Counted from the stretch's first letter, positions 24,460 to 39,387 are shown. The stretch is DNA of 64,000 nucleotides from Octopus vulgaris (GCA_951406725.2 OX597833.1:53754001-53818000); one strand, 5' to 3'. Notes: generated by a model not told the origin, from the sequence alone. Program-made: numbers and translations.

Positions 24460-25070
24460 GGTGCAGGAGTGGCTGTGTGGTAAGGAGCTTGCTTACCAAT
24501 CACAAGGTTCTGGGTTTGGTCACTGCGCGGCACATTAAGCACACGTCTTCTACTATAGCCTCAGACCGACCAAAGCCTTCTGAGTGGATTTGGTAGATGG
24601 AAACTGTAAGAAGCCCGTCATATATATATATATATATATATCAGTCGCCATGATAGATCATTAGTCACTACACACATTTTTTCTCTCCTTGTTTTTTCTG
24701 TGTCACTTTCTGTAGAAGAGTGAAGGCTCGAAATATAAAAGACCTTTTCAATTCCTGAGCATTATACTAATACATCTGTTTGTTTTGTACACCACCTGTC
24801 TTCATCTTTTGTTTTTTTCGTAAACTCTCCCTATATATATATATATATATTTATGTGTCTGTGTTTGTCCCCAACACCATCGCTTGACAACCGATGCTGG
24901 TGTGTTTACGTTCCCGTAACTTAGTGGTTCAGTAAAAAGAGACCGATAGGATAAGTACTAGACTTACTAGACTTACAAAGAAAAAGTTCTGGGGTTGATC
25001 TGTTCGACTAAAGGCGGTGCTCCAGCATGGCCACAGTCAAATGACTGAAACAAATAAAAGAGTGAAAGAG
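24460..25070 (+). mobile_element. Family S SINE with an H1 element in its internal (TA)n
   Basis: S sequence is split at the TA tract (24620-24850). Confidence 0.88.
24642..24831 (+). mobile_element. Hammerhead-like element family H1, copy 1
   Basis: GCCATGATAGATC...AAACTCTCCC unit; motif CTTT CTGTAGA A GAGT GAAG GCTC GAAA TATA AAAG at about 24706-24741. Confidence 0.7.
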
Positions 25071-25356
25071 CAGTTCAGACACACTATAAAGCGACTGGTG
25101 TTAGGGAAGTGCATCCAGCTGTAGGATCCGTGTCAAAGCTGACTCTGAAGCTTGAATGCAATCCGACGCTTTGCTGGATCCAGCCAAACTGTCCAACCCA
25201 CGCCAGTATGGAGAACATGCTTTAAATGGTGATGACGGTGATGACGATGATGTAGTAAGAACTTTGAAAATGAAACTGAAGTTTCTGCAGAGAATAAATG
25301 AATAAAGCATTACCAATGTTGAATACTTTTCTCTCTTATTTGTAAATTCAAATCCA

Positions 25357-25357
<1 letters not shown>

Positions 25358-25424
<67 letters not shown>

Positions 25425-25517
25425 AGCATATATACACATATGTGTATATATATATATATACATATATATGCATGCATATATACTCATATGTATATATATA
25501 TGCATGCATATATACTC

Positions 25518-25553
<36 letters not shown>

Positions 25554-25558
25554 GTATA

Positions 25559-25590
<32 letters not shown>

Positions 25591-25625
25591 CATGCATATA
25601 TACACATATGTATATATATATATGT

Positions 25626-25656
<31 letters not shown>

Positions 25657-25664
25657 CATGTCGT

Positions 25665-25702
<38 letters not shown>

Positions 25703-25750
25703 TACATATATATATATACATATATATACATACACTCACACATATGATAT
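25358..25750. repeat. Compound (TA)n microsatellite
   Basis: Direct inspection. Confidence 0.95.
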
Positions 25751-26325
25751 AAGAAACTATTAGTTTTCCAGTGCACACATATACACACACATGACAGTCA
25801 TATTCAGAACTGCATTTGCACACGTAATATATGCAAGTACATTATTCAGATATACAAAAAGAAGAAAAAGAAAAAAAAAACATTCTTTTCCAGCTCACAT
25901 CTCCATTGGCTTCCTGGTTTTCCAGTAGATTCCTATAGTTTATGTAATAGAATATATAAATTCTAATTTCTCGAAACCGACAGCAAACTCAATGGACTGT
26001 TTACACCATTTAATGGTAATACAGCATGTATGTTTGTGTGAGTGTATATATGTATATATGTGTGTGTGTGTGTATATAAAAAAAAAGCACTTAAGTATCA
26101 TCATGGGTTGTAAGTGTTGCGTTGTTTGGAGATAATCAGAAAGTTAGAGCAAGTGCACTTTATTGCAAATGAATGGCGGGGCAGGGTATAATTCATCTAG
26201 AATTTTTTTTCTACTATTTGCTGGATTTTTCCTGAAAATCAGCATTGTAATCATTATTGCCATTATCTTTCTTAATAGCTTAGTTGTACCGATTCAACGA
26301 TGGGACTTTACTGTGATCATTCGAT

Positions 26326-27000
26326 CTGCTGAAAATAATAGCCAAATCACCCTTGCGTCACAACCTTTGGCATTTAGATAACTCTATCGGATGTAAGGCT
26401 TATCAATAAATGTTACTTTGAAGTAATTCGTGTGTTATCTGGCAGCTCTATGATTTCAATGATCACTACACTCTCGGAGTGGTTGGTGTTAGGAAGGGCA
26501 TCCATGGGTAGAAACTCTGCCAAATCAAGATTGGAGCCTGATGCAGCCATCTGGTTCGCCAGCCCTCAGTCAAAATCGTCCAACCCATGCTAGCATGGAA
26601 AGTGGATGTTAAACGATGATGATGATGATTAATTATTTTTTAGAACGGCATTGTAGGGTAACCTGCTAAAAATAATAGCCAAAGCACCCTCGCGTCACAA
26701 CCTTTAGCATTTAGATTACTCTATCGGATGTAAGGCTTATCAATAAACGTTACTTTGAATTAATTCATGTATTATCTGGCAGCTCTATGGTTTCAATGAT
26801 CACTACACTCTTGGAGTGGTTGGCGTTAGGAAGGGCATCCAGCTGTAGAAACTCTGCCATATCAAGATCAGAGCCTGGTGCAGCCATCTGGTTTGCCAGC
26901 CCTCAGTCAAAATCTTCCAACCCATGCTAGCGTGGAAAGCGGACGTTAAACGACGATGATGATGATGATGATTGCTTATTTTTTAGGACGGCATTGTAGG
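26326..27000. repeat. Tandem duplication, ~337-bp unit containing a MITE A fragment and a family R copy
   Basis: Units 26326-26657 and 26663-27000 are collinear with scattered substitutions. Confidence 0.9.
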
Positions 27001-27708
27001 CTAGGCACAAGGAGCTAGATCTGGCCAGTTTTAACAGAACAGAAAACATGTAGAATATTTGGGCCAAATACAGATCTTCATCAAATATTGCTGGGACTGC
27101 ACACTTTTAATGGCCAGGACACTTAACTCCACAAAACTGTAAATAGGCCCCATGGGAGAGAAGGACAGCTTCGTTATAGCAATCCACAAAAGAATTATGA
27201 GAATCCAAGAGAACTCTCTTGATAAAAAGACACTCAAGGCTGTTTCCGAAAGGCGGACAGAATTTATCAGCCAAAGAAAATCAATAATTATGAATCATTC
27301 AGCATGGCTTTAATATCATGGGAGATATTTTCTTTAATACAAGAGTGGAACTCCCACCCTAACCTCAGACACTTGTGAAATGGGATCTACAAGACAGTCA
27401 TGTATTTCACCAGACGAACTGCTGCAAAGACACTGCATCAAAGGACATCGAGTTATGTTTAAAAAAAAAAAAAGAAAAATGTGCAGAATCAATCACCTTA
27501 AATTTCTGGAACCATGCTTTTATTGATTAATTATTTTATTGATCCCAGAGTGTTAAAAGCCTTCATCAACTTTGCCAAGTCTTGATCTTAGAATTGTAAG
27601 GTATACATCTGATACTTGTGGAATGTTTACCCAAATATTTACTACATGTGCTTCAAACATATTTTGAAGATTTTGGCCAGTCTATGGCCCAGGTCATGTC
27701 TAATTTAA

Positions 27709-27929
27709 CCCTTTCGTTACTGTATTTATTTTGAGATGTTCTGCGTTTCTTTCAATTACTTTAAATGTAACAAAGAATTTAGTAAAATAACTTAGTTATC
27801 ATTCAGCTAGTGTTAGGAACATAAATTGTGACTAAGGTTTGGTGGAAGATTTGAATTGAAACCTTAAGAAAACAAGACATTTGTACAACAGAGCCAGAGC
27901 CGGTTTCAGCCGGGTTGGTAACAAAAGGG
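27709..27929 (+). mobile_element. piggyBac-like MITE family B, intact
   Basis: TTAA|CCCTTTCGTTAC...GTAACAAAAGGG|TTAA. Confidence 0.85.
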
Positions 27930-28399
27930 TTAATAGCCCCTGCCACCCGGCAGTGAAATATTTAAATTATATTTTGAAACTCAGATTAGACTACTCAAGG
28001 GAGCTATTGTGTACCAAAACATATTAGGGTGTTTGGAGAGGTTGTTTGTCTGATATTTACTGGCATATGGTTTAATTTTCTGCCTTTATTTGTTTTGAAG
28101 TAACGTTTGATTAGTGCAAGCCGAATTGAGATAATATGTATCAGTGGGTTTTGATTCTTTACACATTTATCTGAAACTAGCCAGCATCTGAAATCCTGAA
28201 AACATTAAACCTACATACTCGAGCAATTGAAAATGATGTATCGTCATCATCGTTATCATTTCTAATTGCTCATATGGGTAGGCTTAATCTTTCCAGAATT
28301 CCAGCTGCTTGGTAGATTCTGAAATGATCATCATTGTTTTAACATTCACTTTGCCATACTTGCACAGATATGACCGAATTCCTTGACACAAGCATTTTA

Positions 28400-28679
28400 T
28401 GGCCAGCAGCGCTGCCTTGACTGGCTTCTGTGTCGGTGGTACGTAAAAAGCACCAACCGATTGTGGCCGCTGCCAGCCTCCCCTGGCACCTGTGCCGGTG
28501 GCACGTAAAAGGCACCCACTACACTCATGGAGTGGTTGGCATTAGGAAGGGCATCCAGCTGTAGAAAACACTGCCAGATCAGACTGGGGCCTGGTACAGC
28601 ATCCTGGCTTCCGAGACCCTGGTCGGACCGTCCAACCTGTGCTAGCACGGAAAACGGATGTTAAATGATGATGATGATG
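28400..28679 (+). mobile_element. Family R retroposon
   Basis: Internal GTGCCGGTGGCACGTAAAA repeats and a (GAT)n tail. Confidence 0.85.
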
Positions 28680-30367
28680 CCCTTCCTTTTGTGCACCCTC
28701 ATTTGTTTTCTAATCGTAACGTTCTCAAATGCAATAATGTTTCCTCATGACCAGATATGTTTTTAAGGAAGATTAGAAACAAACGACACCACTTGTATGA
28801 TGGGGACATCAGCTGTAGAAACTCTGCCAGATCAGATTGGAGTCTCTGTTTACAGCTACCACCACAAATATATATATATATATATGATGGGCTTCTTTCA
28901 CTTTCCATTACACAAATTCAATTCACAAGGCTTTGGTCTGTAGTAGAAGACACTTGCCTGAAGTACTACACACTGAGACTGAACCGAAGACCACATCATT
29001 AGGAGGCGTTCTTAACCACACGGCCACGCCTGTGTCCAACAGTAAAATGATTAGGCTGACCAAAGTGACAATGTCACAAGTCCTACATTTTGACTTCATA
29101 CTCCAGTAAGACATAAAAGGGCGTTAATTATTCTAATCAACTATGCAACGATGAAAAGTTAAGTCATCCTCAGAAGATTACAAATTCAGGAATTGCAAGC
29201 CATCAAACATGTTGCCAGTTAACCAATCCTTTTCTTTGATCTCCAATCAAATTATTTTTATGACTAATTTATTCCCTTCAGCTTGTTTTTGCTGTTTCAA
29301 GTTAATCCTTCAATGACTGCTCGGATCAGATGCCATTTGTTGTCGTAAAGCCTCTCTGACAGTTGGATCATCCTTTCTAATGATAATTCAGCCAGAGTAG
29401 AGCAGAACTCTACACGGTTGTTCAACTTGCTAGAAATAGCTGCTGGGGAAAAACCTTCCTCAAATTACACCCTTTTACTTGGGAAAAAAAAGAAAAGGAA
29501 GGAGACAAGAAATCGTAACCACTACTGCTCCACCCCCCACATCCTTAACCATTATCATATTGACCATTTCTCCATGCCCTCATGGGTCAGATTTTCAGCA
29601 GCAAGATGCTCTTGTTGCCAAAATTCAACTGTCTTTAATACTTTTGATCACCAGTCTGCTCAATCAGAGCATACCTGGGTGTAAGATAGTAATAATTACT
29701 TATGAAGTTAAAACAGAAGCTGTTTCATCAGACAAACAAAAATACAAATCGTACCTGTGTATTTTACCTTCAAGAAAGTACATAACCCAATCCTCGCTAC
29801 AAGCTAGTTTGAACTCCTAACCACGTCTCAGTTGGCTAACATTTTTAACCTTTTTGATAGAAATCTACTTGAGGCTGCCTCTGTTTCTTGCACAAAAACT
29901 CTCATTTTAAAGTGATTCTATTCAAATATAAAACTTCATCTACACTGGCTCTTAATGTCCACTTTTCCATCCTTGCATGAGACGGATGAAATATGTTGGG
30001 ACGGACTGTCTATAGCTGGATGCTCTTCTTGTTGCCAACCCTCATCTCTTTTCAAGTAAGGTAATTTCCCCCATGACCAGACATGTTTTCACGAAATATT
30101 GGAAACACAGTTTACAGTATGGTGACACTTATTTACAACTATCACACAATGTCAAGACAAAAAGACAGTAGCACACACACACATTCATAAATATATTATG
30201 AAGGGCTTCTTCCAGTTACCAAATCTACTAACAAGGCTTTGGTCGACTGGCAAGGTTATACTAGCAGACACTTGAATAAGGATACTGTGAAGCGGAACTG
30301 AACTGGGACCAAGTGGTTGGGAAGCAAACCATAATTCAATATAAGGCCCTTTTTTCTATGTTCTTAA

Positions 30368-30891
30368 CCCTTTAGTATTCAGGTTATTATATCAAGAATT
30401 AGGACCCCTTCGGTCATGAATGACCATGGGATTGCATCTAGAAAGTTATCCTTCGAGGTACAAGTCTGGGCATGGTTGAAATGGCAGCCCAGCAGTTGCC
30501 CAAACATACTAGCTCCATCTCTCCATGTCAGCAATGTTGTCCAAGGGAAAAGCAAAGGCCAATACAGCTTGGCACCAGTGATGTTGCAACTCATTTCTAC
30601 AGCTGAGTGAATTGAAGCAATGTGAAATAAAGTGACTTGCTCAAGAACACAACACAGCTTGGTCTGTGGATCGAACTCACTACCTCGTGATTGTGAGCCC
30701 AATGCGCTAACCACTGGGCCACGTTTGAATCAATCACACATTACCCTCACTGTTTCTAGATTTCAATGAATGTGATAGTATATTTTAGAATGACACTGTA
30801 TGATAGGAGTTAGAGGCCAAATTTGGATCAGTGAGAACAGGAAATATGTAGAATGTTTGGGCCTGATATGGCCAGTTTAAATTCTAAAGGG
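30368..30891 (-). mobile_element. MITE family A with a nested family C SINE (about 30402-30724, minus strand)
   Basis: TTAA|CCCTTTAG...CTAAAGGG|TTAA; the insert is the reverse complement of 49965-50312. Confidence 0.75.
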
Positions 30892-31697
30892 TTAATTAAG
30901 ATTTAATAGAGAAAAAGTTCTCAATTCAATGGCCATGAGGACACTTCTACTAAATATCTCTAAATTCCTGATAATTTTCAAAATGGAATGAAATTTATAA
31001 GACAGTATTTCATTACAATTGCAGTCACAGAAGAATTAATTTTACAATCATGCCATGGTGAAAGTTGGCTAATTAAACTATATGTGTTAAATTAATCCCT
31101 TTACAGCTTATTAAATCAAATATTGATTAAATAATTCCCTCCTCAAAGGAAGGAGGGGACACTGTCACAAACCGAAGGAAAAAAGAAAAGCTGAATCAAA
31201 ATGACCATTGCCAAGTAGCCATAATTTTTGTCACCGGCAAATACCAGTGACATCTGTGAAAGGAGATGCAACAGCAAAATGAGATGAGAGTGATGTACAA
31301 GCTGCTGGAGGCCACGTGATGGATGAGAATATTAACCTTCAGAAAATCTGAAAGTAGACGTATTGGCTTTCCATATACTTGTGAGAATTGAGACAAGCTT
31401 GATATATTGGCTACTGGATAGAGAAGCGAGAGGGAACAGAGAATGGATGAAGGAGGGTGGTCGGCAGTAGTTGTTGTTGTTGTCGGTGGTGGTGGTGGTG
31501 GTGGATGAGAGAAAGAGGGGTGAGAGAGAGAGAGAGATGGGGGTTGAGAGAGAGAGAGGCAGAGAGATAAATTGATCTTATTTAGAACTGACAGCTATAT
31601 ACGATGATAATGTATACATACATTTTCATAACTATGAATATACATTTATCATTATATATGTGCTCACAGTCACACATAAACATATAACACTTACATT

Positions 31698-31706
31698 AAT
31701 ATATAT

Positions 31707-31747
<41 letters not shown>

Positions 31748-31874
31748 CATACATACATATATACATACATATATACATACATATATACATATATATACAT
31801 ATATATACATACATATATACATATATATACATATATATACACATATATATACATATATATACATACATATATAC

Positions 31875-31937
<63 letters not shown>

Positions 31938-31972
31938 TATACATAATACATGTACACACATATATATATACA
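31698..31972. repeat. Compound (TA)n/(TACA)n microsatellite
   Basis: Direct inspection. Confidence 0.95.
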
Positions 31973-32699
31973 CGCAATCAACTTAGTAAGCTGAATATTT
32001 GCTGCTGCTGTTGCTATTGCTGCTGTTGATGATGATGATGATGATGATGATGGTGATGGTGATGTAGAGGGAAAAGTGACATCACTAAGCCCCTGTGGAC
32101 CAAACCCTGAAGCTATATAGGCTTTGAATCACTGAATCTGTGGCACTATTTGTTCGTTTTTAATGTCAGCCGAGACGAATTTAGATAAGTGAAATTAAAA
32201 CCATGCCACGAATATTTGAGATTAATGTTGCCCTCTCTGCCCATTTCATGCTTATGCACACAAAAACAACAACAACACCACCAACGTTAACTGCATATAA
32301 TCTACACTTTGGCGACGGTAACATTAACTCCTGGAGTATTCCAGTTCGGCAACAACAAATGGTAAAAAAAAAAAAAAAAAACGGCAGAACAGAGACTGGA
32401 ATGCAACAGGTCAGCATGACCTGAGCTGTAATCGATGGTTGGTGGGGATATGTCAGTTTGAGAAGTGATAGGAAAGCTGGGACATCTGGTAGGACGAATG
32501 GACATACATTTTGTTAGAGTCGTCAAGTAAATGGGATAGTGAAAAAGAAAAAGCAGAAAAGAAACAAGATTTTTTTAAAATCAGGCTACACCATCAAAAA
32601 TCTGGTTCCATATATAAAATATTACTGCAACCTACCAAAAGTCTTCAACCCAGAAAAATCACTTCCTGTTTCCCTTTCTTTTTTTTTTTTTCCTTTTTT

Positions 32700-32759
32700 T
32701 CTATACTTGTTTCAGTCTTTGGACTGTGACCATTCTGGGGCACCACCTTGAAGGGTTTA

Positions 32760-32794
<35 letters not shown>

Positions 32795-32841
32795 GCATGC
32801 ACATACAAATACATGTATACACACACATACACACACACACG

Positions 32842-32873
<32 letters not shown>

Positions 32874-33270
32874 CCAGCATGGCCACAGCTCGTGAGCTGA
32901 AACTAGATAAAATAAAATAAAAAAAAAAAATACACACAATCAAGGGTTTAAGACTCCGGTACTTATTTTTAAGTCTGGTACTTTTTCTGTTGGCCCTTTT
33001 TTGTCAAAATGCTAGGTTACAGGGATGTAAACAAACCAGCACCAATTGTCAATCAAAAACGCTGGAGTGGGGAGCACAAACAAAAATACATATGCACACA
33101 TATATATGATGGGCTTCCTCACAGTTTCCATCTATCAAATCCACTCACAAGATATTGGTCACCCTGGGGCTATAGTAGAAAACACTTGCCCAAGGTGCTG
33201 CATGGTGGGACTGAACCTGAAACCATGTGTTGCAAAGTGAGCTCCTTAACCACACAGCCATGCCTGTACC
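32700..33270 (-). mobile_element. Family S SINE with an inserted microsatellite and orphan tail
   Basis: S sequence lies on both sides of about 32760-32935. Confidence 0.75.
32871..32930 (+). mobile_element. Orphan retroelement 3' tail, identical to the tail of the U6 chimera
   Basis: GCCCCAGCATGGCCACAGCTCGTGAGCTGAAACTAGATAAAATAAAATA followed by poly(A). Confidence 0.8.
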
Positions 33271-33477
33271 ATTTTCCTCTCTCTCCTGTGTTCTCTCTTG
33301 GATCATGCAAAATTACAGAAATTCTATAAAAAGGCATAATGTAACAGATGAGTTTGAACCAAATGGTAACAAAACTAGTAAAGGTGATCGTGTTACCATT
33401 TATGAAAAAGCTCGACAAGGTCCTTTACAGAAGCAGTCAGTTTGGTTTTTGCATCAGGTGTTTTAGAAAGTATAGAC

Positions 33478-34430
<953 letters not shown>

Positions 34431-34875
34431 GCATACACATACAAACAAGGCAACAGCTCCCGTGTACTGGGGTGAAAGATGAGGAGGGGAGAAGTTGAAG
34501 CTATCTTAGTGAACTGGCAGAAAAATATTCCTGAAAATATAGGAGTGCTCTCTGAAGACTGCAGTTGCTACAACTCTTGACAGGCAACGCAGTTTTTTTG
34601 CGAAATATCATAAAACTAAAACAATATCTCGAGAAAAGAATAAAGGAACTGAACAAAAACAACAACAAAAAAAAAATAAATAAGAATTGGGGGAGGAGAA
34701 AAGATAGAAAAGATACGAACAGATAAAGACGGAGAGAAAAGAAAATTAAAAACGAAAAGAAAGAAAGAAACAAACGATAGATATGATAAAGACAGAAACA
34801 GATTAGATACAGAAAGTTGATAGAAAAATAGATTATATAAATACATGTGAATGTCTTCATGTCAGTGTGTGTGTG

Positions 34876-34933
<58 letters not shown>

Positions 34934-35028
34934 AATATATATACCTACATACCACCATCCTTTTAATGAATATTTTAATGTGTACTTTTCCATGTCAGAA
35001 TGGATTGGATGGTATTGAGGTCGATTAA

Positions 35029-35248
35029 CCTTTTTGATACCAAGCTGGCTGAAACCGGCTCTGGCTCTCAGTACAAATGTCTTGTTTTCATAAGTTTTGA
35101 ATTAAAATCTTTCACCAAACCTTAGTCACAATTTACGTTCCTAACACCAGCTTAATGATAACCAGGTTATTTTACTAAATTCTTTGTAATATTTAAAATA
35201 ATTGAAAGAAACACAGAGCATCTCAAAATAAATGCAGTAACGAAAGGG
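35029..35248 (-). mobile_element. piggyBac-like MITE family B
   Basis: TTAA flanks at 35025-35028 and 35249-35252. Confidence 0.85.
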
Positions 35249-35252
35249 TTAA

Positions 35253-35652
35253 GGCGGCGAGCTGGCAGAAACGTTAGCACGCCGGACGAAATGCTTTGTG
35301 GCATTTCGTCCGCCGCTGCGTTCTGAGTTCAAATTCTGCCGAGGTCGACTTTGCCTTTCATCCTTTCAGGGTCGATAAATTAAGTACCAGTTACGCACTG
35401 GAGTCGATGTAATCGACTTAATCCGTTTGTCTGTCCTTATTTGTCCCCTTGTGGGTAGTAAAGAAATAGGTATTTTGTCTGCTGCTACGTTGTGAGTTCA
35501 AATTCCGTCGAGGTCGACTTTGCCTTTCATCCTTTCGGGGTCGATAAATTAAGTACCAGTTACGCACTGGGGTCGATGTAATTGACTTAATCCGTTTGTC
35601 TGTCCTTTTTTGTCCCCTCTGTATTTAGCCCCTTGTGGGCAGTAAAGAAATA
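35253..35652 (+). mobile_element. Family M dimer (head plus two bodies)
   Basis: 17-bp TSD GGTATTGAGGT(C/G)GATTA at 35011-35027 and 35653-35669. Confidence 0.88.
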
Positions 35653-36224
35653 GGTATTGAGGTGGATTATCTACAGCTGGATGCCGTTCTTGTTGCTAAC
35701 ACTCACCTGTTTCCAAGCAAGCTAATTTTTCACCATTTCGCCATAACTGGACAGGTTTCCCCAGAAAGATTAGAAATGAATGACAGTGCTTGTAATGAAG
35801 TCGTGCTCATTTGCAAAGTATAGCACAAGGTCAGTGCAAAGAGACAACAAAGTCCAGTATACATGATGGGCTTCGTTTAGTTTCCATCTACCAAATCTAC
35901 TCCCAAGGATTTTGGTTGGCCCAGAGTTACAGAGTAAGACACTTGCTGAAAGTGTGTTCTGTAGAGGATTGAACCAGAGGCATGTGGTTGGAAAGTGGTC
36001 TACATACATGTATGAGTGTGTGTGTGTGTCTGTTGCTTTCCCTGCTTCGATCTGACACCAACCAAAACAAGAAACACATAGTAACTGTCTATCATCCATA
36101 ACTTAGCAGGGGAATAAATATTAATGGTTAAAATAAGTACTGAGATTGATATGGTTGACTAAAACCCACCAAGGTGCTGCCCCAGCATGGCCACAGAGTG
36201 ACTGAAACAAGTAAAACCAAAAAG

Positions 36225-36379
36225 TATATATATAAATATATATATGAGTGCATGCATGTATGTATGTATGTATGTATGTATGTATGTATATATATGTATA
36301 TATATATATATATATATACATATATACATACATACATATATGTATGTAAATATATACACACACATGTATGTATGAGTAA

Positions 36380-36418
<39 letters not shown>

Positions 36419-36431
36419 TGTATGTATAAGT

Positions 36432-36465
<34 letters not shown>

Positions 36466-36625
36466 ATACACATATGTATACACATATGTATGTATGAGTA
36501 TATGTATATATACACATACTTATGCATGCATGTATATATATATCATATATATATATATATTTGGTTAAAAAAAAATATATATGTATGTATATATACATAC
36601 ATACATACATACATACATATAGATA
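36225..36625. repeat. Compound (TA)n/(TATG)n microsatellite
   Basis: Direct inspection. Confidence 0.95.
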
Positions 36626-36823
36626 GATGGAGAGGGAAAGAAAAAGATGAAAGATATTCAAGAACATAACACAAATGTTTGCGAAATGACAGCTTAGTTG
36701 TTTTTGTGCTAGACATCTTTCTTTCTGCGAAGCAGAGATTTCTTTAGCAACATAGCTGAGATGCATGAAGAGTTTCTGATATCACCGAAAATAGAACGGA
36801 GCTTTTGGTGTAAATAGGGGGAG

Positions 36824-36854
<31 letters not shown>

Positions 36855-37402
36855 AGAAAGAGAGAGAGAGGGAGAGATGGAGGATGTTATGTGATACAAA
36901 ATCCCTTTAGATGCAACGCTAAAGATTTCATGACACATATTGCAATGGTACTTTCAATTATGAGCAACGAAACGACCACTGTAGCTGCTTTCATCACCAT
37001 CATCATCATCATCATCCTCATCAACATGATTATGATCACAATCACAATCATCGTTAATTTACATTCATTCCACAGGTATCGCGATCATCGTATTTATTGC
37101 TACAGCTATTATTATTATTATTATTATTATTATTATCATGGTAAAAGTGCTCAACAAAAAGCGTCTTTCGGTAGGGATTTTAAGTTCCTCTACTTTTATG
37201 TTCGAAATCCAAACCTTGCCGAGACTTGCATTGTTTTTGTTTCCTCATGGATCAAGAAAATAAAAACCAATGGTCAAGTACGTGGGGTCAGTGCAACCAA
37301 GTGTGCCGCCCCCAACTCAAATCGTTGGCTATGTGCCTATATTAGAAACAACAACAACTACTACTGCTGCTGCTGATAATAATAATAATAATAATAATAA
37401 TA

Positions 37403-37687
37403 AGGTAGCAAGCTGGCAGAATTGTTAGAATGCCAGGCAAAACGCTTAGCAGGTTTTGCCCTTCTTTATGTTCTGAGTTCAAATAACGCTGAGGTCAGCT
37501 TTACCTTTCACCCTTTCGGGAGTCGATAAAATAAGTACCAGTTGAACACTGGGGTCGATGTAATTGACTTACCCCCTCCCGGCAAAAATCTTAAACCACC
37601 ACCACCACCACCACCACCACCACCACCACCATCACCATCATCATCATCATCATCCTCATTATTATTATTATCATCATCATCCTCCAC

Positions 37688-37718
<31 letters not shown>

Positions 37719-38250
37719 CTGAAAGTTGCAAGTTGGACGGATCATTACTGTATCAGACGAAATGCTGAGGTCAACTTTGCCTTTAATCTTTTTGGAGTCG
37801 ATTAAATCAGTACCAGTTACACACTGGGGTCGATGTAATCGACTTAATCCCTTCCCCCAAATTTGAGGCCCTGTGCTTTCCAGTAGAAAGGATTATTATT
37901 AATATTATTATCATCATCATCATCATTATTAATTATCATCATCATCATCATTATTAATTATCATCATCATCATCATTATTATTATTATTATTATTATTAT
38001 TAATATTATTATTATTCTTATTCCAGTTAAAATGGCAGGCTGGCAGAATCGTTAGCACGCTGGGCAAAATGCTTAGCGGCATTTCGTCTGTCTTTACGTT
38101 CTGAGTTCAAATTCCACCAAGGTCGACTTTGCCTTTAATCCTTTCGGGGTCGATAAAATAAATACCAGTTGCACACCGGAATCAATGCAAACGAGTTATC
38201 ATCCCCCGCCACCCCAAAATTGCTGCCCTTGTGGCAAAATTTGAAAACAT
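37403..38250 (+). mobile_element. Three family M SINE copies separated by (TAA)/(CCA)/(CAT)/(TTA) repeats
   Basis: Heads at about 37403, 37722 and 38033. Confidence 0.8.
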
Positions 38251-38679
38251 TATTATTCCAGTTACCACCATCACCACCACCACTACATCCACTCACCATA
38301 ATGTTTTTTGTATCGTTATTTTTTTATAAAAGAAAATACTGAATACAACTTGTTTTGAATTCACACATGTAATCACAGACCCACGTTCAGGAGATGAACT
38401 AATTTCACAACAAAATAATAGGGGACAAAAAAAAACAAAAAACTCTAAGGAAAACAGCAAAGCAAAAACAACAAAACAAAATAAAACAAACAAAAAAAAA
38501 AAAACCCCAAACAAACAAACAAAAAAAAGAGGAGCATACATATCTAATAAGCCACAAACACATTACATAGTCATCTTGGGTTGCAGGTGTGGGGGTGGGG
38601 GGGAAGGACACGATGCTTAAAATTTGCAAAAGGAAAGCCTGAGAAAGCATGAACAAGATAGATCCAGTCAAGCACAGAG

Positions 38680-38681
<2 letters not shown>

Positions 38682-38756
<75 letters not shown>
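38682..38756. repeat. (CA)n microsatellite
   Basis: Direct inspection. Confidence 0.98.
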
Positions 38757-38757
<1 letters not shown>

Positions 38758-38870
38758 AAATAGCCATATTCACATATATTCACACACGCAACCTATTCGA
38801 AATTACTTCTGTGCAAAAACTTATGTATTTCGCGTTTTTTTTAAATATTTATTTCATTAAATCAACTAAG

Positions 38871-38902
<32 letters not shown>

Positions 38903-39327
38903 GCCTGAAATAAAAATACCCCCCCTCCCCGAAAAACACAAAAAAAAAGCTCTGCCACAGCCTTATTACTCGAGGTTTTACGAGATTTCTCATCGCTGGT
39001 GTAATAGTAGATGCCTTCGGGGCATGAGGAAGTTCATAGACGACACAGTGTCGCTTTACTAAACGAAGCGACTGCTGTTTCGCTGTTGTTTTCATATGCA
39101 CACATCTACATACTCAAGCATGCAAATGTGCTGTGTTTTGCTCTCACACGACACCACTCGACAGATATCAGAACAGGAACATCTGTATTGATAGGTGCGT
39201 TCATGCATACATTTCTGTGTATGTATGCACACACATGTACAAGCACACATTTGAGAAATTTTTTCTTGTTCTCTTTACTAGATGTCTCTGTCATTCTTAC
39301 TTGTTCGCATATATAATATATACATAC

Positions 39328-39387
<60 letters not shown>

